Assembly: GCF_018350175.1 (NCBI RefSeq)
Contig: NC_058373.1
Span: forward strand, 43,772,001-43,836,000
Direction: 5' to 3'
Length of the DNA: 64,000 bases
Source: Felis catus
Taxonomy: Eukaryota
The notes under the pieces were generated by a model. That model was given only the letters and a program-made list of their open reading frames with translations, did no database searches and was not told the origin of the DNA. Shown here piece by piece: positions 61,886 to 64,000 of the stretch. Numbering within the stretch: the first letter of the stretch is position 1; every line of letters begins with the position of its first letter. The position numbers and the translations under genes are program-made.

Positions 61886-64000
61886 AGTTAGGAAAACCTG
61901 GGTTCAAGTTCTCCCTCTGCTAATTTTCTCTGTAAGCCTCACCTGCTTTGTCACCAGCAATAGAGATATTAATACGTACTTAATGGGGTTCTGGGACCTA
62001 AGAGGCAATGAAGAGATGTTTGTTGTCATCACTTTTATTGTTTTTTATACTCGTACATGTTTCCGTATAGAATATCTTGATTGATTCTAATTGTGAACGT
62101 CTCAGGCATGTGGATTTATGTCACATTATTACAGGTATCATCCCCCCTTTACCAGTTAGATCACACACAGATGGTCATAGTGGTTCGGTGATTTGCTCGA
62201 GGTCATGCAAACAGTAACATTGGTTGGAGCTGAGACTTGAACCTAGGCTCAAGCTGTAGCTCGGAACTCTCTTGTTTGGACCTCTCTTGGGTGCGCCTTG
62301 CTGCCTGTAGTGGTACTAGGTTCTACTGGGTTATGAAGACCTCAGTTGGAATTGGGATAATTGGAGAAGTCACCTATGCAAATGGGCTCTAAGAACCAAC
62401 GATACATTTTCTGTCCCCAGTGTGTACAGACTGAATTAGCAAGGCTTGGAATGAAATGGTCACACCCAGTTTCAGGAAATCTGTGATAAGCTTTTCCTGT
62501 GTTGCTTAGTAACTCATGGGTTTAATGAAGCAGGATTTCCCCAAGCTTGGAAGAACTTGGCTTTCCAGCTAGATGAGGGTGAGTCCTTTCTCACCAAGAT
62601 AAAGCCCTTATGAAATGAACAATAATAATCACTCAGATAGGAAATACTCTTGAGCAACTACCATATTCAAGCTCAGTGCTGACCATCTAGAAGTATTCAG
62701 AGAGTGCTTATGCTGGGCATAGCATTCCTCTGAGCTCAGCGAAGGGCTGTGTAGTGGAAGGGGAAGTCCAAGGGTTTTAATTTAAGCTTTGCCATTTGAC
62801 AGCTGGTGCCTCAGTTTCCATATCCATAATCCAACATAACGGCACTTCATACATTGTCTGGCACGTAATAAGTAAATGTTTGCAATTGCTATTATTAGTT
62901 GAAAAATGTAAAATATACATTCTTCCCATCACAGAACGTAAGATCTAATAAGCATAGCCACCTCAACACAGCGTTTAATCTTTATTGAAGTGGTTTCAGA
63001 AACAGAGTCTTTGGCATCTGGAGATTTCTATCATCTTTCCCTGCCCTGCCTAAACACCTTTCATCAATGTCACCTGTTTGTTCCTTTTTCTAACTAGCTA
63101 AGAGATATTTGATTCTCTGCGCATGGAAAAGAAAAAAAAAAAAAAGCATGTTGAGAACAAACATGTTGTTTGACCACTTCATGGTCAAGAGCAGTGCCTT
63201 TTGCTAAGGCAGAGCCATCTATATTGGTCACTCCACACAGGTGCTTTCAGGGGTGACAGAACTGCTGTGATCCTCATTTGAGGTACAAGGTGGTAGAGAT
63301 GGTGATGGGAGAATGCTGAGGCAGACGTTCTCACTTCTGTAGCTACAGAGGCTGAAGGCCTGACAGGTGCCTAAGGAATGCCCTCTGCTTCTCCAGGCAG
63401 GCTCTTTCTGGAAACATACCCCTGTACTGCTAATAACACCAGATCCCTCCAACAGAGCCGCTCCACGGGTTGCCTAGCACGAGGCTAAGCCGAGAATTGG
63501 AGGAGAGTAACTTATTGTGTTCCAGCTAAGAGAGGGCTTTTGTGAGCAGCTAAGAGGAAACCTGTAAGGAGTGAATCACATGGTGTTGCTCCCAGAGATG
63601 GATCTGCCCTTTGCCCAAGAGGACTTCCTTCAGGGTCCTAGATACCACAGCGACATCACTTAGGCTTCAATCTGACATAGCTGTCTTTCTGCTGGAACTT
63701 TGCATGGATGTTCTGGTGACTTTCTCATGTGTAGACTTCCTCATGGCTAGTATTGCCATGGTGAACTCTAAGGCTGCATAACTGCAGGGCAGGCCATGTG
63801 GGGAAACCCTTGGAGGTAACCCAGAAACTTGAGCTGGTGATGAATTCAGCATCAGTATCAGTTTACCCAACTTAAGGACATTTGGGTTCAACCCACTTTG
63901 CCATCATTGTCTTTCATCCACAGAAAACAAGAATATTTCCAAAAGGGGCAAAGCTGAGTATCTTCTGGGAAGACCACACTGCTTGCCCCCGGTCTCAAAG

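Noticed and set aside
1-64000. Novel prokaryote-style system (CRISPR, operon, defence island) or a named host gene
   Set aside because: The sequence is felid non-coding DNA. I saw no spaced direct-repeat array, no long ORFs and no exon I can recognise.

Overview
This is mammalian, not prokaryotic, DNA. Thirteen Can-SINEs, one of them resembling the felid SINEC_Fc consensus as I recall it, point to a cat-family genome. I found no recognisable protein-coding exon, RNA gene, CRISPR array or operon, and I cannot name a host gene. The window reads as a large intron or gene desert. It is filled with Can-SINEs (most with readable TSDs), old L1 3' fragments, two MLT1 solo LTRs, hAT DNA-transposon fossils, many MIR/L2 remnants and microsatellites, and it has one 177-N assembly gap. 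The listed ORFs are chance ORFs or repeat translations. Best observations: (1) an orphan CpG island with developmental TF motifs at ~60.0-60.5 kb; (2) a 5'-inverted (twin-primed) L1 at 51.7-53.2 kb with a 10-bp junction duplication; (3) a fossil hAT/Charlie transposase C-terminus at ~2.9-3.2 kb; (4) a ~178-bp diverged local duplication that, with an inverted SINE pair, brackets a candidate cryptic exon at ~48.9 kb; (5) a very young, possibly polymorphic SINE at 18.6 kb; (6) several nested insertions with readable order. I see no evidence for a novel biological system. Repeat subfamily names come from recalled consensus sequences, not a database search, and boundaries of old repeats are approximate.
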